The position numbers and the translations under genes were made by a program. Below are positions 24,410-37,198 of a stretch of DNA of 64,000 bases, piece by piece. Below the pieces are notes generated by a model. It did not search any database. It saw nothing but the letters and a program-made list of their open reading frames with translations, and was not told the origin of the DNA. Origin of the DNA: Nemertoderma westbladi (taxonomy: Eukaryota; Animalia; Xenacoelomorpha); assembly GCA_032718475.1 (NCBI GenBank), contig JAUCBJ010007597.1, positions 62,001 to 126,000 of the forward strand, read 5' to 3'. Position 1 is the stretch's first letter; each line of letters begins with the position of its first letter.

Positions 24410-26143
24410 CTAGCATCCAGCATCTAGCTTTATCTTTTTCTGTTCTATTGGAGGATAGTGAGCTAATTTTCGTTTTACAATTTCCATCGAATATCTTTTA
24501 GAGACGTTGGGGGAATCATTAGGGTGAAATAGATTGAGGTGGATCTGCTTGGGGAGGAAAACTGCATCTTTTAGTGTGCGTTTGAGAAAGTTGATGCAAC
24601 ACTCAACAGCATAGTTTGAAGGTAGGGTTAATTTGTTTGTTGTCTTCAGGTTGACAATAATTGTTTCTGATGGTGTATGTTGAATGTGTATAAGGGGGGT
24701 GAGATAGTAATGGGAGGAAGTGGATTGTTGAATGAGATGAAAGTTGGAGAAATCACTCGCTTTTATATTTAAACCATCGGTAAACTGAAACGTAGTTGAT
24801 TTATAATCTTTTTTGATGACAGGCCATATGCCAACATAGGCTTCACCTTTGAATGAATAAATGAAAGCCGCTACTGATTCGTATAAATTAAGACGCTGGT
24901 GATTAGGTAGTTGTAGTTGCTTTGGTTCATAATCACTATTGTTAGCCAATGACTTTAGTTCAGAGAGTGCTTCTCGGGCGCGATCTGTATTGTCAATAGA
25001 GAACATGTAGTCATAGCGTCTGTCAGAAATTTCAAGGGTTTCGCAGCTGTAAGCGGTATAAATTTTTATTCGATCTGAAATTAATTCTTCGTGGTTGACT
25101 TCATCGTAGCATTCGTATCCTTCGACCGCGGAATCGAACCATGAAATTTTAAGAAGTTCATTTCTCGTGAGTAAAAGTGCATCTCTTGTGGAAACAATAA
25201 CTTTGTTTGAATCAACCTCAACTCCGCTCGCGATTGCAATGTTTCTTTTATTATTAATATTTGTGATATAACCAAAAGTAGAACTATCGAAAGAAACATA
25301 GTTCTCTGGCTCTAAGACAATGTGCGAGATTGGATTGATGTAAGGACGACAAATGTTTATATAATGTTGTAGTAAAGCAGCCGCGGTGTCTGAGATGGTT
25401 AACCAAACCCCATCTACTGTATCTTCTAGTTGTATTAAATCAATAGGTTTTAGTGGGGATGTTTTCGAATAACGAACAACTTTAAAATTAAAACCAAAAT
25501 AATGTGCTTTGCTGTTGTTGTAGAAACAGGTTATTTCATTCAATTGTTCAATAAAAGTTAGTACGTCATATCCAAACAGTTTGAAGAAACGAGATTCATC
25601 TTTGAGGGGATGAATCGAGGCGTTCCAAATAATTAAAAGAATTGAGTTTGAAATATTATGAAAATCAAACAGACACTCACCAACAAAAAAGGAAGCTTTG
25701 AGTGTTGACATACCAAGGAGCTTGTTTGCAGATTCTTGTGTTACATTGCTGTGGATATATTCAACAACTGGTTGAGGTATTACAAATGTTTCTAATGAGG
25801 TTGTCAGATTGAACGTTATATTCGATTCTGATTTGTGCAGTTTGAAACCATGGTTTGCGGAATGAAATTTATCATTATTTAGAGTTTGATATTGAGCATC
25901 CTTCAACTCAAAGCAGGATCGTAGAATGAAATGTGCATAATTTGCTGGAATGAGTTGGGGTTGGTTAGATGAAGTGGTAACCATCATTGGAAGGCGTTTG
26001 TTCGAAGGATCAAAATATAAACCGAAAGAGTTGTCTGAGAGAGATATTTGATTTTCGTTGGAAACAATTTTTACTTGATTTTCGTTGGAAACAATTTTTA
26101 CTTGAGGGAAGTTGAACTTTTGAAGGAGTTGAGCTTGAGCCAT
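24410..26143 (-). CDS. 577-aa intronless protein with probable tandem PC4/Sub1-like ssDNA-binding repeats and a C-terminal basic NLS-like motif
   Basis: Open 1.7-kb frame in AT-rich DNA. Segment AAFIYSFKGEAYVGIWPV...FTDGLNIKASDFSNF follows the PC4 pattern V..FKG...I.I...G..L...W/F; ends PPIEQKKIKLD. Product call is inference. Confidence 0.65.
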   Translation of the reverse strand: MAQAQLLQKFNFPQVKIVSNENQVKIVSNENQISLSDNSFGLYFDPSNKRLPMMVTTSSNQPQLIPANYAHFILRSCFELKDAQYQTLNNDKFHSANHGFKLHKSESNITFNLTTSLETFVIPQPVVEYIHSNVTQESANKLLGMSTLKASFFVGECLFDFHNISNSILLIIWNASIHPLKDESRFFKLFGYDVLTFIEQLNEITCFYNNSKAHYFGFNFKVVRYSKTSPLKPIDLIQLEDTVDGVWLTISDTAAALLQHYINICRPYINPISHIVLEPENYVSFDSSTFGYITNINNKRNIAIASGVEVDSNKVIVSTRDALLLTRNELLKISWFDSAVEGYECYDEVNHEELISDRIKIYTAYSCETLEISDRRYDYMFSIDNTDRAREALSELKSLANNSDYEPKQLQLPNHQRLNLYESVAAFIYSFKGEAYVGIWPVIKKDYKSTTFQFTDGLNIKASDFSNFHLIQQSTSSHYYLTPLIHIQHTPSETIIVNLKTTNKLTLPSNYAVECCINFLKRTLKDAVFLPKQIHLNLFHPNDSPNVSKRYSMEIVKRKLAHYPPIEQKKIKLDAGC

Positions 26144-26254
26144 CTTGAAGAAAATATAATATTATGAATAACAATAAATGTATTATAACTTTAAATAAAA
26201 AGTAAAATGGTCGATAATATTTTTGTAAGTAAAGTTCAAAGCGATGGATGGGGG

Positions 26255-26375
26255 TTTATAAGGGAAAGGGTAACCAATGAAAATAAAAGTGAAGCTTGTG
26301 GGAACCAATAGAAATAAAAAGAGAGAGAGAGAGATGCGCTATTGGGTTGAGGGAATAATAAACACATTTCATTGG
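26255..26375 (-). promoter_or_regulatory. Putative promoter of the 577-aa ORF
   Basis: TATAAA on the minus strand (26255-26260) about 112 bp above the ATG, plus four CCAAT/ATTGG boxes (~26274, 26305, 26341, 26371). Confidence 0.5.
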
Positions 26376-27194
26376 GTTAATTAAATGTAAAACATTAGTT
26401 AGGATGGGAAATGGGATGATTTGAGAAGCGGGGGGTACGCTGGAGAAAAGTGTGTGTGTAATGAATGGGTTGCTGCGTCAGAGTGGGTATGTTAATTAAT
26501 GTTACAGTAGAGCATCTCTGAAATTACTTCAAACAAAAAAAAAACTACAGTATCTACTATAGTATAGATATGGATGGGGGTTAATTTGACACGTGGTGTT
26601 TGGGTAGTGGCTTTGTCGTTGAGCTAATACATGCGTGGGGTGGTTCATAAAGTACAATGCGAAAGAATGCAATCTATTGCAAGAGCAGATGTTTATTATA
26701 ATTTTCTTAGTCGAATTGACATAGGAGGTTTGAATAATTTAAACTCTGTGGCAGGCCTCATCCACATGTTGACAAGCAGCATAACTCAATAAAGGATTTG
26801 ATGGTGGGATTAGTCATACTACATCTAATAAGAGCCCAAGCGGCCGTAGATTATTGAGGGACTGAACCAGGGCCAAACTGGTCCATTTTATTATCGAGTG
26901 AGGCTAATTTATGTTTTGGGCCCCGTTCTCATCTTTATATTTCATTCTACGTTTACCTTCTACTGTATGACAAAAATAATACAAATGTACTGTATATTGT
27001 ATTGTACGGTTCCTATTGTATTGTACATTTCATTTGCTGTAGTACAATTTATTCATCGCGCGTCCCTATCTGATTGATTTGTATCAAAATAAATTGCCTT
27101 TGGCAACATTATTTGATACAAATCGATTGATTAAACAATTAATTAATTGTTTAATCGACCAATTAATTAATTGTTTAATTAATTAATGACCTAC

Positions 27195-27870
27195 TTAACA
27201 CCCAAGGTGTGAAGTGGGTCCAACTGTCGCCGAGGTGGGCAAACTATTACTACTAATATAATCTTGATTTGGCGATTTCTTATTCATCAAGATTCGTATA
27301 CAATTGAAAGTTTCCTCCATGATTCCAACAAATGAAAAGTTACCAAGATCGAATACCCTAGAAATAAGCGTGGTTATTTGCGTTTTCAGCCAAATCTTAT
27401 ATTTATTCTTATTATCAATAGTTATTTGAGTTGCTAATGATGGCTCATCTTGACCTTGAACACCATGTATGGCGCCTGCACCAAAGTAACGTAATGGGAA
27501 TTGTATACGTCTTCCCATTATCGCATTCCTGCCATAACCAACAACTGTAGGAGGGGGCTGTTTATGTTGGGATAATTTAACTGATGGCCATGTAATTGCA
27601 CTTTCAGGGTTTATCCGAAGGCATCCTTTAGGGACAACAGCTGCTTCCAGTGTATCATCACAATCAGCTAGCACTTTCGTAAGAATACACAATTGACCAA
27701 TAGAAAATTTAGGTTGCACAGATTGTCTATTATATGTGAAACGGAGGATCTGGTTTAGGAACAGAATCAATTCCTGTGGTTCACGACACGATCTGGTTAT
27801 AGAATTGATAATACTAGTTGAATCAGTATCCCTCCAAGAACTATCGTCTCCAGGATTCCCACTACTTACT
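27195..27870 (-). pseudogene. PIF1-type (SF1B) helicase C-terminal fragment, Helitron-like
   Basis: RRIQFPLRYFGAGAIHGVQGQD (motifs IV/V) and IWLKTQITTLISRVFDL (motif VI). Cut upstream by a BEL fragment. Confidence 0.8.
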
Positions 27871-27892
27871 TGATCACGGCTAGTGATAGCAA

Positions 27893-28960
27893 TTGTCCCA
27901 ACTTCACTCCGGTGATGTAAAAGATAATTTTGTAATACCTCCTGTTCACCAGCCTGAGTTCCTACAACCTTTAGTACATCATTTGGAACATCATCAGAAC
28001 TATCAAGAAAATTTCAGCGCCTCTTTAAGATCGCAATCAATTGATCAATCAAATAACCAAATATATAGCAAATAAATACCAAGATCAACAACAAACAGCG
28101 AAAGCATATAAATCAGTTCCTACAAATATCTGCTTGTGTTTTCAATGCTGAAAAACGAACAAGAGAATTTGTAGATCAAGCCCCAATTTGTGTTTATTGC
28201 AAAACTGTCAATCATAAATCAGATGCTTGTGATGTGGTCCCTGGCATTTCTAAAAGAAAAGAATTGCTCGTAAAATAAGGCCGCTGCTATAATTGTATCA
28301 AACTAAAACATACCAAGGCTTTTTGTAAAAGCCGTGGTCAATGTAAACATTGTAAAGGTAGACATCATAGTTCGATTTGCGAAAATTCTAATAGAATCTC
28401 AAACGCAACAACTTCTGTATCAAATTCCAATAACGATAATTTATGTCTTTCCAGTAATATTTCTAGTGAAGTTTCACAGGCTGAAGCTATGGAAAACGTC
28501 ATCACCCACACATCTATAAAGGGAGGACCTCGAGCAGGGATACTACTGTGAACAGCTCGAGTTGATTGTATTAATCCAAAAACTGGAATGACAATGCTGG
28601 TTCGGGTATTCTTTGATCCAGGAAGTCATCAATCTTACATAGTAGAGAGGGTTCACTGTGAGTTGGAACTACAAAGCATTGATAAGGTTAATATTAATAT
28701 TAATACATTTATGTCGGAACAATTTGAGCATAAACAACTAAACCTTGTGGAATGCATTTTAAAGAAAGAAAATTTTGAGATTTCAATAAATGTCTTGCGC
28801 GTCCCAATAATTTGCTCCACTTTAACTCAAGGCAATGCCAACTTAATCTGTCCATATTATTCACATCTTGCCAGTTTAGACTTAGCCGACAGTGGAGATT
28901 TACCAATTGGTGATAACATCGATATTTTAATAGGAATGGACTATTACTGGGATATTGTGG
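27893..28960 (+). pseudogene. Canonical BEL/Pao gag-protease fragment
   Basis: Three knuckles CVYCKTVNHKSDAC, CYNCIKLKHTKAFC, CKHCKGRHHSSIC; protease FDPGSHQSYI...LDLAD...IDILIGMDYYWDIV; in-frame stops. Confidence 0.9.
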
Positions 28961-30099
28961 GATATTGTATCAGAACATATGAAATTAAGATTATTTTTCA
29001 AAAATTATTTTACTATAAATAATTGCTTTAATTTTTATCTATTTTTCGCCCCACCCCAATGGGTATATAATGGCTATAAGTTTGGTACAATTTCAAAGCA
29101 TTTTATACTTGGGTTGTTTGGCGTGGACGTGGTGTGGTGTTTTAGAATATCGAAAAAAAAATGAAGAGAGCTGCTGAGCTAGATTTAAGAAGACGGTTGA
29201 ACCGAGCCCGAATTTCACGTCAGGCAAAAGAGACTTACCGCTCCGCCGGTACTTCACTTTCCGTTCACTAGTAGCCAAGGTCTTTGGCCAAGGCCAAAGA
29301 AAGAGAATCTCTAAGAAAGAGATTCTGCCTAAGAAATTCAAGGATACAGTAATAATGCTGTAGCAATAGTACTTTCAAATATTGTTTTGCTGCTTGCTTG
29401 TTTTTATTAGAAATTATACAGATAATACAAACAAAACAAACACAAACTAAACTTGCTCAGCTATTAGCACGCGCTCTCGTTCCATTTTCATTATAAAATA
29501 GGTTACATGTTATTTTTATTAATTATATTATATATTTTATTAATTGGGACCCAGAGTCAATGGCAGTCAACCATTATCTCAGGTGGACACATCATAGCAG
29601 TTGCCACTTCTTCCCATGGTTTAAATTAAATAACCTCCCTATCTATATTTATCTATTTCAACTTCGGGTGCAGGATTCCTAGACTTACTTAAAAACGTTA
29701 TGCAAAACTTACTGCTAATTTTACGATATATTGTTTCTTCCAACACATCTATCTACCTTTAAGAAGAATACATGTTGAAGTATGAAGTATTATTATCTGC
29801 GTTGAGGAGATTGATTCACTGCATCTTGCTGTACTGGTTTCTTATTCTAAGGGTGCATATGGTATTTCTGTTCAAATATAAGCTAGGTCATTGGGGTATG
29901 AGTATTGGCCTCCCCTGAAGCCAAATTATCACTTGATACTGTTGTATCTGTATCCATCAGCAGCATCAGCAATGGTAGTAACTGCACCCATGCTGTGATT
30001 TATTTATTAAATTTATAACTATTGGATCATGTTCTTCTACAGCAGTGCCTTTTGTATCAGAAAGTTTTGCTTTCTTTGTGTCATTCATGATCATGTAGT

Positions 30100-30243
30100 C
30101 TTACAATTATATAATACTTAGCCGACTTGCCAGAAGGTAACTTTGTTTTTGCACTGGTAACTCGCAAACAATTCCAAACAAAGATAAGAAAAATTAAATT
30201 TAAGAAAAGTCCGCGGACGACCGGCTAATTGGAGGGCTGAAGG
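30100..30243 (+). mobile_element. Possible orphan piggyBac-like right end
   Basis: ...GGAGGGCTGAAGG followed by TTAA (30244-30247); no left end or ORF found. Confidence 0.3.
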
Positions 30244-31317
30244 TTAAAAAACACTCTATTAATGTTACCGAACTGAACTTTTTTAAATAAATATTATTTG
30301 TGAATATTTTAGAAACTAAAGGTGTCTGTCTCCAATTTTTGAAAATAATTTTGTGTCATTGATTTTATAATCTTGAGAACCCGAGATTCAAATGAAATGT
30401 GTCCATCTTATCTTGTAAGGCTTAAAAATTTCAGGGGTAATATAAACATTAATAACTTAGAAGCAAATTACATAATAATAATTGTACACATGTACAGTAG
30501 TACAGTACAGTCAGTAGAGTAGAGACAGTGTGCACAGAAATATAATCACATAACTTAGTCAATATATGGTAATAGTTCAATAACTACGAAATACAACAGT
30601 ACCGTTAGTGGACAGGAAAAGATAAAACGTTTCAAAAGGTGGAGTTTTACACAGGTTAAAAGGCAATAAGTTTACTGTTTTGGGTAGAAAGAATGCATTA
30701 CATTGATAGAAATATTAGTTTATAATACTGTAAGCACATACCGGTAGACCTATTAAATTATATTGATAAACAAGTACGGTACTAAGCCTACTTCAATGTA
30801 CACATAATAGCATAATACTGCTGTAGGCCGGCCAACTGTAATAACAAAATACACATAACTGCATAAGATATTATTATACGTAATATTTGATTTAATGATA
30901 ACAGGATAATAGGATATAAGAAGCTATTGCTTATAAAACCCGTACACTCTAGCCTATAAATAAAATTAACTAACAGTAGACTATAAAATTAACTAACAGT
31001 AGGCTATAAAACTAACAAACAGTAGGCTAAGATTACTGCATTATATACTGTTATAATATGTAAACTGCCGAACTGGATATGTACGAAATGATACTGGAAA
31101 ACTGCTGTTCTGCAGTACTGTGTGTGTACCGTACCGCAGTACCATACCGCATTACCATACGTATATATTCTACTTTTATTAAGTAACAGTACCGGCGTCG
31201 TAATAAAAAAATATCTGTAGGCCTAGGTTTACTTATAAAAATACGTCGTAATATAATAATATCTGTAGGCCTAGGTTTACTTATAAAAATAACAGTTAAT
31301 GAGCCTGTACATCTGGA

Positions 31318-32654
31318 TTATTCTGGATCTGGTGACGAATCAACGGCAGCTTCGGGATCAGCATATAGCGGTACATCTAGCGGCGCATCAGCAGCTTCGG
31401 GATCAGCTTGTAACGGTACCACTGGTGGCGCATCGGGATCAGCTTGTAATTGTAACTCTAGCGGCGCATCAGCAGCTTCGGGATCAGCCTGTAGCGGTAC
31501 CTCTGGTGGCGCATCACCAGCATCGGGACCCAAAACATCAGGAACTGGGGCGACCTGAATTATCGGGACCAGTCGAGGTTGTAGAACATGAACCACAGGA
31601 ACGAGAGGGGCGGCACGGCGATATTTCATGTTCTCAACATTAACGGGGTTGGATGGCTTCAACGTTGATATGTGAAGCTCATTCACAGCGCTGGTAGTAG
31701 CGTCCTCCTTCGATACTGCGCACTTGTACCAGCCCGTGACTGTCCAACCACTGCCATTATTCACAGCTGCAGCAATGCCGCGGATGGATTGCCTTAACCC
31801 ATCTTCGTCAATGAGGGAGGGTGGCAGATTCAGCGACTGAGATGAAACAAATAATTTAGTAAGACTCCAACTTACGTAAGCCATTCCAAAATCTATGATG
31901 TCGTTGTTAAAGCACCGCACTCGCAACGACAACGCCCATCCGCCAACTTACGTAAGCCATTCCAAAATCTATGATGTTGTTGTTAAAGCACAGGCAATCG
32001 CAATGACAACGCCCATCCGCGTTCCTGTGGTTTTGACACGCAAACACATTGACTGACGGGTCCCAGCTCCTCCCGCCTGTCACAGAGCCAACCGCCACAC
32101 GTTGGCGACACCACGCGGCCGCAGTCCAACCTTAGATTCAAATTCCTCAAAAGGAATTGCTGAAATCCAACCTTCCCTTCCAAGGATAAGTGGAAGGGAG
32201 GAAGGAATAGCAGCCGCGGGTGTGGCGGGGAGGAGCGGGTAGAAGGTAACTACCACAGGGTTATCCATGTCGTTACCAAGGAACCTGGTTCCTTTATTGC
32301 AACGACTGAGCCGATTGTAAATTCTTTATACTTCAGAACTTTAGCTGATTCCCGCGAATTAGCCGATTCCCGCGAATTATCCGTAAACATAAAAAAGCAC
32401 CTCGACTCAGCCAAATCTCCCATAACAAACATTCTATCATAAATGGGTTCCTTTATGGTCCTCTTTGTCCCGGAAATCTCAGGTTCCTTTATGGCCCTCT
32501 TCGTCCCGGAAATCTTAACAGTTTTGTATTTGTCTATTGCTGCTGACGGCCTGGTTAGAATTGTAGCGAATAGTCTATTCCCTTCAGGAGAGAACTCAAT
32601 ATCGTTAGAATTCTCTTGCAACTGGGCTAGGGTTATAACTTCGATTTGCGCCAT
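31318..32654 (-). pseudogene. Intronless gene for an unnamed Cys4 / GWxxxGW protein (possible OB-fold ssDNA-binding), frameshifted
   Basis: ORFs 32250-32654, 32080-32268, 31907-32098 and 31318-31932 join into one protein: YDRMFVMGDL, CGGWLCD...CVC, SWSLTKLF, GWTVTGWYK, LHISTLKP, then a PLQADP repeat tail. A ~77-bp internal tandem duplication (31867-32020) breaks the frame. Confidence 0.7.
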
Positions 32655-33534
32655 ATAAAAATATTATTATTAAAATATATAATCTATACACAACACCACC
32701 AGCGTAGTAAATTGTTGTGTGATTTTAAAAATATACAAAAAAAATATTAATAAAAGAAATTATTAGTATTCAGAGTTATTTTATTAATTATTTGCTGAAG
32801 ACAGTTCGGCAAGAGGTGGGACCATCAATAAACCTTATCGCAGTCCAACAGTTAGGCCTTTCCTATATTATTCCTGCTCTATACTGACTGATACCACTGT
32901 AGTAAACGAACAGTTACCGAAACGAACAACAGTAAGATATATGTAATATCAAACCTAAATCGGGAATAAAAACAGGTTAAGATCAACAAAAAACAATTTA
33001 ACAGTTACTAAAACAGACAGAGAGATTTAAACTGACATTAATTTATTCTGATTAGTTACTGTTAGCTAACCGGTATCACTTACCAGCATTGAATTTAAAA
33101 ATATCAAATGTATGTTGATGAATCTGAAAATGATTATAGTTAGCCATGGAAACAAGTCAGTGTAATTGTTGGAAGATAAGCTATTGGGTAGCTATTGCAA
33201 CAATCTAAAAAGGAAATAACAGAATAGTTCAAACTTAGGGAAATTAATCAATTATTGTTTCATTAATCAATTACACATACCGGTACCGAAAAATCTCTAT
33301 TACAGTACCGGTACGTCCAGAAGTCAAGAAAACGGGCGGGGGGGGGGGTAGTCTGAGTTAAATGTGTGTTAATTTCACACCACCACCTACGTGTACCTGT
33401 ACGCCTGTATATTAATGGATTAGTAAAAAAAATCGGGTTAAAGAGTCTTGTTGAGATACAACAAAACAATAAACTAATATTGAGGTAAATCCTATTTAAC
33501 TGAGATCAACATCCTCAGATTCAACCAGGGGCAG

Positions 33535-35945
33535 GCAGAGGCATTGTGGGAGCCGGAGGGGGGACATCAATGTTTGATCAAAGTTTGATCAATGTTTGAT
33601 CAAAGGAATGCTTTTCGAGAGCAGGACTGTAATGGCTATTATTGTATAATTAAAACGTAATATTTGGATAATTTAAATTACAAATTTAGTTTCAATTTTT
33701 ATATTTCAAATATTATTTACATTTTCAGTCGAAAAATCAATCAGTGGACGAATACAAGGTCCGTGACTTCGTCCAACACCAGCTAGAGGCATAAGGAGAT
33801 CGGGGGTGGCAGATATTTGGCTGGGTCAAGTCTGTTGCCACTCCCAATGGGGTGCTGGAGCCAGCCAGCCTCCACGTGACACGGGTTGTCCCACAGCATG
33901 ACGACCATATATTTGATCTGTTTGGTGGGAACGTCGGGGGCAGTGTCGCGGGCGGAGTCACGGGTGGTGTCGAGGGTGGATTCGCGGACAGAGTCGCGGA
34001 CAGACTCGCGAACAGAGTCACAGGCGGAGTCGCGGGCAGAGACGGGGCCGGAGTCGCAGGCGAAGTCGCGGGCGAAGATGGGGCCGGAGTATTTTTGAAA
34101 AAAACTGATAGTAATGATTAATTATCACCAGTTGATATTTTTTGTTAAAAATTAATTAAAATAAACTGAATTAGTTTTCAAGAGCTTCCCCGGTCTGCTA
34201 CAGCCTGGCCTTTCTAGTCTATATTGTGTCTTACTGACGCTATTGAGTAATGATTAATTATCACCAGTTGATATTTTTTGTTAAAAATTAATTAAAATAA
34301 ACTGAATTAGTTTTCAAGAGCTTCTAGAGAGCTTCAAGAGCTTCAAGAGGCATTGCGGGAGCTGGGGGTGGAGGCGTTGCGGGAGCCAGGGGCAGAGGCA
34401 TTGTGGGAGCTGGAGGGGGGATATCAATGTTTGATCAAAGTTTGATCAATGTTTGATCAAAGGAATGCTTTTCGAGAGCAGGACTGTAATGGCTATTATT
34501 GTATTATTAAAACGTAATATTTGGATAATTTAAATTACAAATTTAGTTTCAATTTTTATATTTCAAATATTATTTACATTTTCAGTCGAAAAATCAATCA
34601 GTGGACGAATACAAGGTCCGTGACTTCGTCCAACACCAGCTAGAGGCATAAGGAGATCGGGGGTGGCAGATATTTGGCTGGGTCAAGTCTGCTGCCACTC
34701 CCAATGGGGTGCTGGAGCCAGCCAGCCTCCACGTGACACAGGTTGTCCCACAGCATGACGACCATATATTTGATCTGTTTGGTGGGAACGTCGGGGGCAG
34801 TGTCGCGGGCGGAGTCACGGGTGGTGTCGAGGGTGGATTCGCGGACAGAGTCGCGGACAGACTCGCGAACAGAGTCACAGGCGGAGTCGCGGGCAGAGAC
34901 GGGGCCGGAGTCGCAGGCGAAGTCGCGGGCGAAGATGGGGCCGGAGTATTTTTGAAAAAAACTGATAGTAATGATTAATTATCACCAGTTGATATTTTTT
35001 GTTAAAAATTAATTAAAATAAACTGAATTAGTTTTCAAGAGCTTCCCCTGTCTGCTACAGCCTGGCCTTTCTAGTCTATATTGTGTCTTACTGATGCAAT
35101 TGAGTAATGATTAATTATCACCGGTTGATATTTTTTGTTAAAAATTAATTAAAATAAACTGAATTAGATATCAAGAGCTTCTAGAGAGCTTCAAGAGCTT
35201 CAAGAGGCATTGCGGGAGCTGGGGGTGGAGGCGTTGCGGGAGCCAGGGGCAGAGGCATTGTGGGAGCCGGAGGGGGGACATCAATGTTTGATCAATGTTT
35301 GATCAAAGGAATGCTTTTCGAGAGCAGGACTGTAATGGCTATTATTGTATTATTAAAACGTAATATTTGGATAATTTAAATTACAAATTTAGTTTCAATT
35401 TTTATATTTCAAATATTATTTACATTTTCAGTCGAAAAATCAATCAGTGGACGAATACAAGGTCCGTGACTTCGTCCAACACCAGCTAGAGGCATAAGGA
35501 GATCGGGGATGGCAGATATTTGGCTGGGTCAAGTCTGCTGCCACTCCCAATGGGGTGCTGGAGCCAGCCAGCCTCCACGTGACACAGGTTGTCCCACAGC
35601 ATGACGACCATATATTTGATCTGTTTGGTGGGAACGTCGGGGGCAGTGTCGCGGGCGGAGTCACGGGTGGTGTCGAGGGTGGATTCGCGGACAGAGTCGC
35701 GGACAGACTCGCGAACAGAGTCACAGGCGGAGTCGTGGGCAGAGACGGGGCCGGAGTCGCAGGCGAAGTCGCGGGCGAAGATGGGGCCGGAGTATTTTTG
35801 AAAAAAACTGATAGTAATGATTAATTATCACCAGTTGATATTTTTTGTTAAAAATTAATTAAAATAAACTGAATTAGATTTCAAGAGCTTCCCCTGTCTG
35901 CTACAGCCTGGCCTTTCTAGTCTATATTGTGTCTTACTGATGAAA
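33535..35945. repeat. Tandem triplication of an ~850-bp unit
   Basis: Units start ~33535, 34392, 35249. Each has a MITE TIR end (TTTGATCAAAGGAATG...GGACTGTA) and the same exon. Confidence 0.96.
33729..34121 (+). pseudogene. Terminal exon of the spliced Cys4/GWxxxGW paralog (also at 34586-34978 and 35432-35824)
   Basis: TTTTCAG acceptor, then SKNQSVDEYKVRDFVQHQLEA*GDRGWQIFGWVKSV...LHVTRVVP, aligning with IDEDGLRQSI...GWTVTGWYK...LHISTLKP. The TAA is shared by all three copies. Confidence 0.7.
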
Positions 35946-36262
35946 TTGATTGAGACTGATTGATTGAAATTGACTGATTGAGATTGAATGATATGGATGC
36001 ATGGTTTAGAGGTCTTCGGGTATCTCTCGCATTGGGTGTTTCACTCGACTGAGTTAGCTCTGTGGCATCACAGTTCAAGACAATCCTAGTCTTCCTTTGC
36101 TCAATGGTTTCCCTCCTATGAAAAGTTACTTGCTTGGCCCTAATTTGCCTTTCTCTGGGTCAAGCAGTATCGCCTTTTAGGGAGGCATACCGTCTGACTG
36201 TACTGCAACCGCACTGCAACTGCACTGCAACCACACTGCACTGGTAGGCTAGATACCGGTCT

Positions 36263-37198
36263 ACCTACTACTAGGATCGGCATGCTGCATTGCAGCTGCA
36301 TTTTTAAGAATGCTGTGCCGGCTTGTCAACAAAATTGCACCGCCACAACTCCCTATCACCCATGACATTTGCTAGATCATCCGCATCTTTAAGGCCAGTG
36401 TCCTTTAAGATGCATCTCAAGAAAGTCATGGGCTGTCCACCATGCTTATTCACTCCATGAGGCTGCCAAAGTACAAGATTATGCACTGGCTGGTCCTCAC
36501 GGCGAAAGCAATGTCCTGCAAAGCGGAGGCGATTTTGTTCTAGTGTCAAGCTTGGGGGAACCAATGAGACACCTCCAATGTTATATAGTGTCTGGTTGGA
36601 GATGTGTGCATTGTACTTGACACAATGAACCCGGCGTAGCATTCTTGTGAATGTGCCATCCAGAGATTTGGTGTCCTCAGCAGTTAGAGCCCAGCATGGA
36701 CTCCCGTAGAGGAGTACTGGAACTACTGCTGCTCTAAATAATCGGACCTTAAGTTTCCGATTAATTCTCGGTGATTTCCAAATCCTGGAAAGCCTATTCA
36801 AGGCTGTCCATGCCTTTCCCTTACGTATTCGAAGGTCCTCACCTGACTTCCGGATCCATGATCCCAGGTAACAGAAGTCGTCCACATGCTCAAGCATACC
36901 ATCCTTTGAGCTTATGCTCATCCGACCAGAGACTTGCTGAGGACTTTCAAAGTTAACAGTCAGAATTTTGGTCTTTCTGGAGTTAATAAAAAGACCAACA
37001 CTAGAAGCAGCATGTTCTAATGAGCTGAGGAGCCGTTGGGCTCCCTCTAATGATTCTGAGAGTACTCCTAAGTCATCAGCAAAGTCTAGATCAGTTAGGT
37101 ACTTGGCAGGATTTCCTCGACTTCTGGAGCCAGTAGGTGGAGTTATCATCACCCCATCATCATTATGATGATCTAAGGACATGCGTAGAACATAGTCA
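36263..37198 (-). mobile_element. 5'-truncated RTE-type LINE
   Basis: ORF 36304-37182 with DLDFADDL, FCYLGS, RLRFAGHCFR, DRELWR; (TAG)n 3' tail. Confidence 0.95.

Noticed and set aside
18146-24501. Many Cys-, Thr- or Trp-rich ORFs as genes
   Set aside because: Overlapping frames on both strands follow from a 30-bp unit lacking stops; 33-bp variants and degenerate ends show no single preferred frame. Kept only as a low-probability hypothesis.
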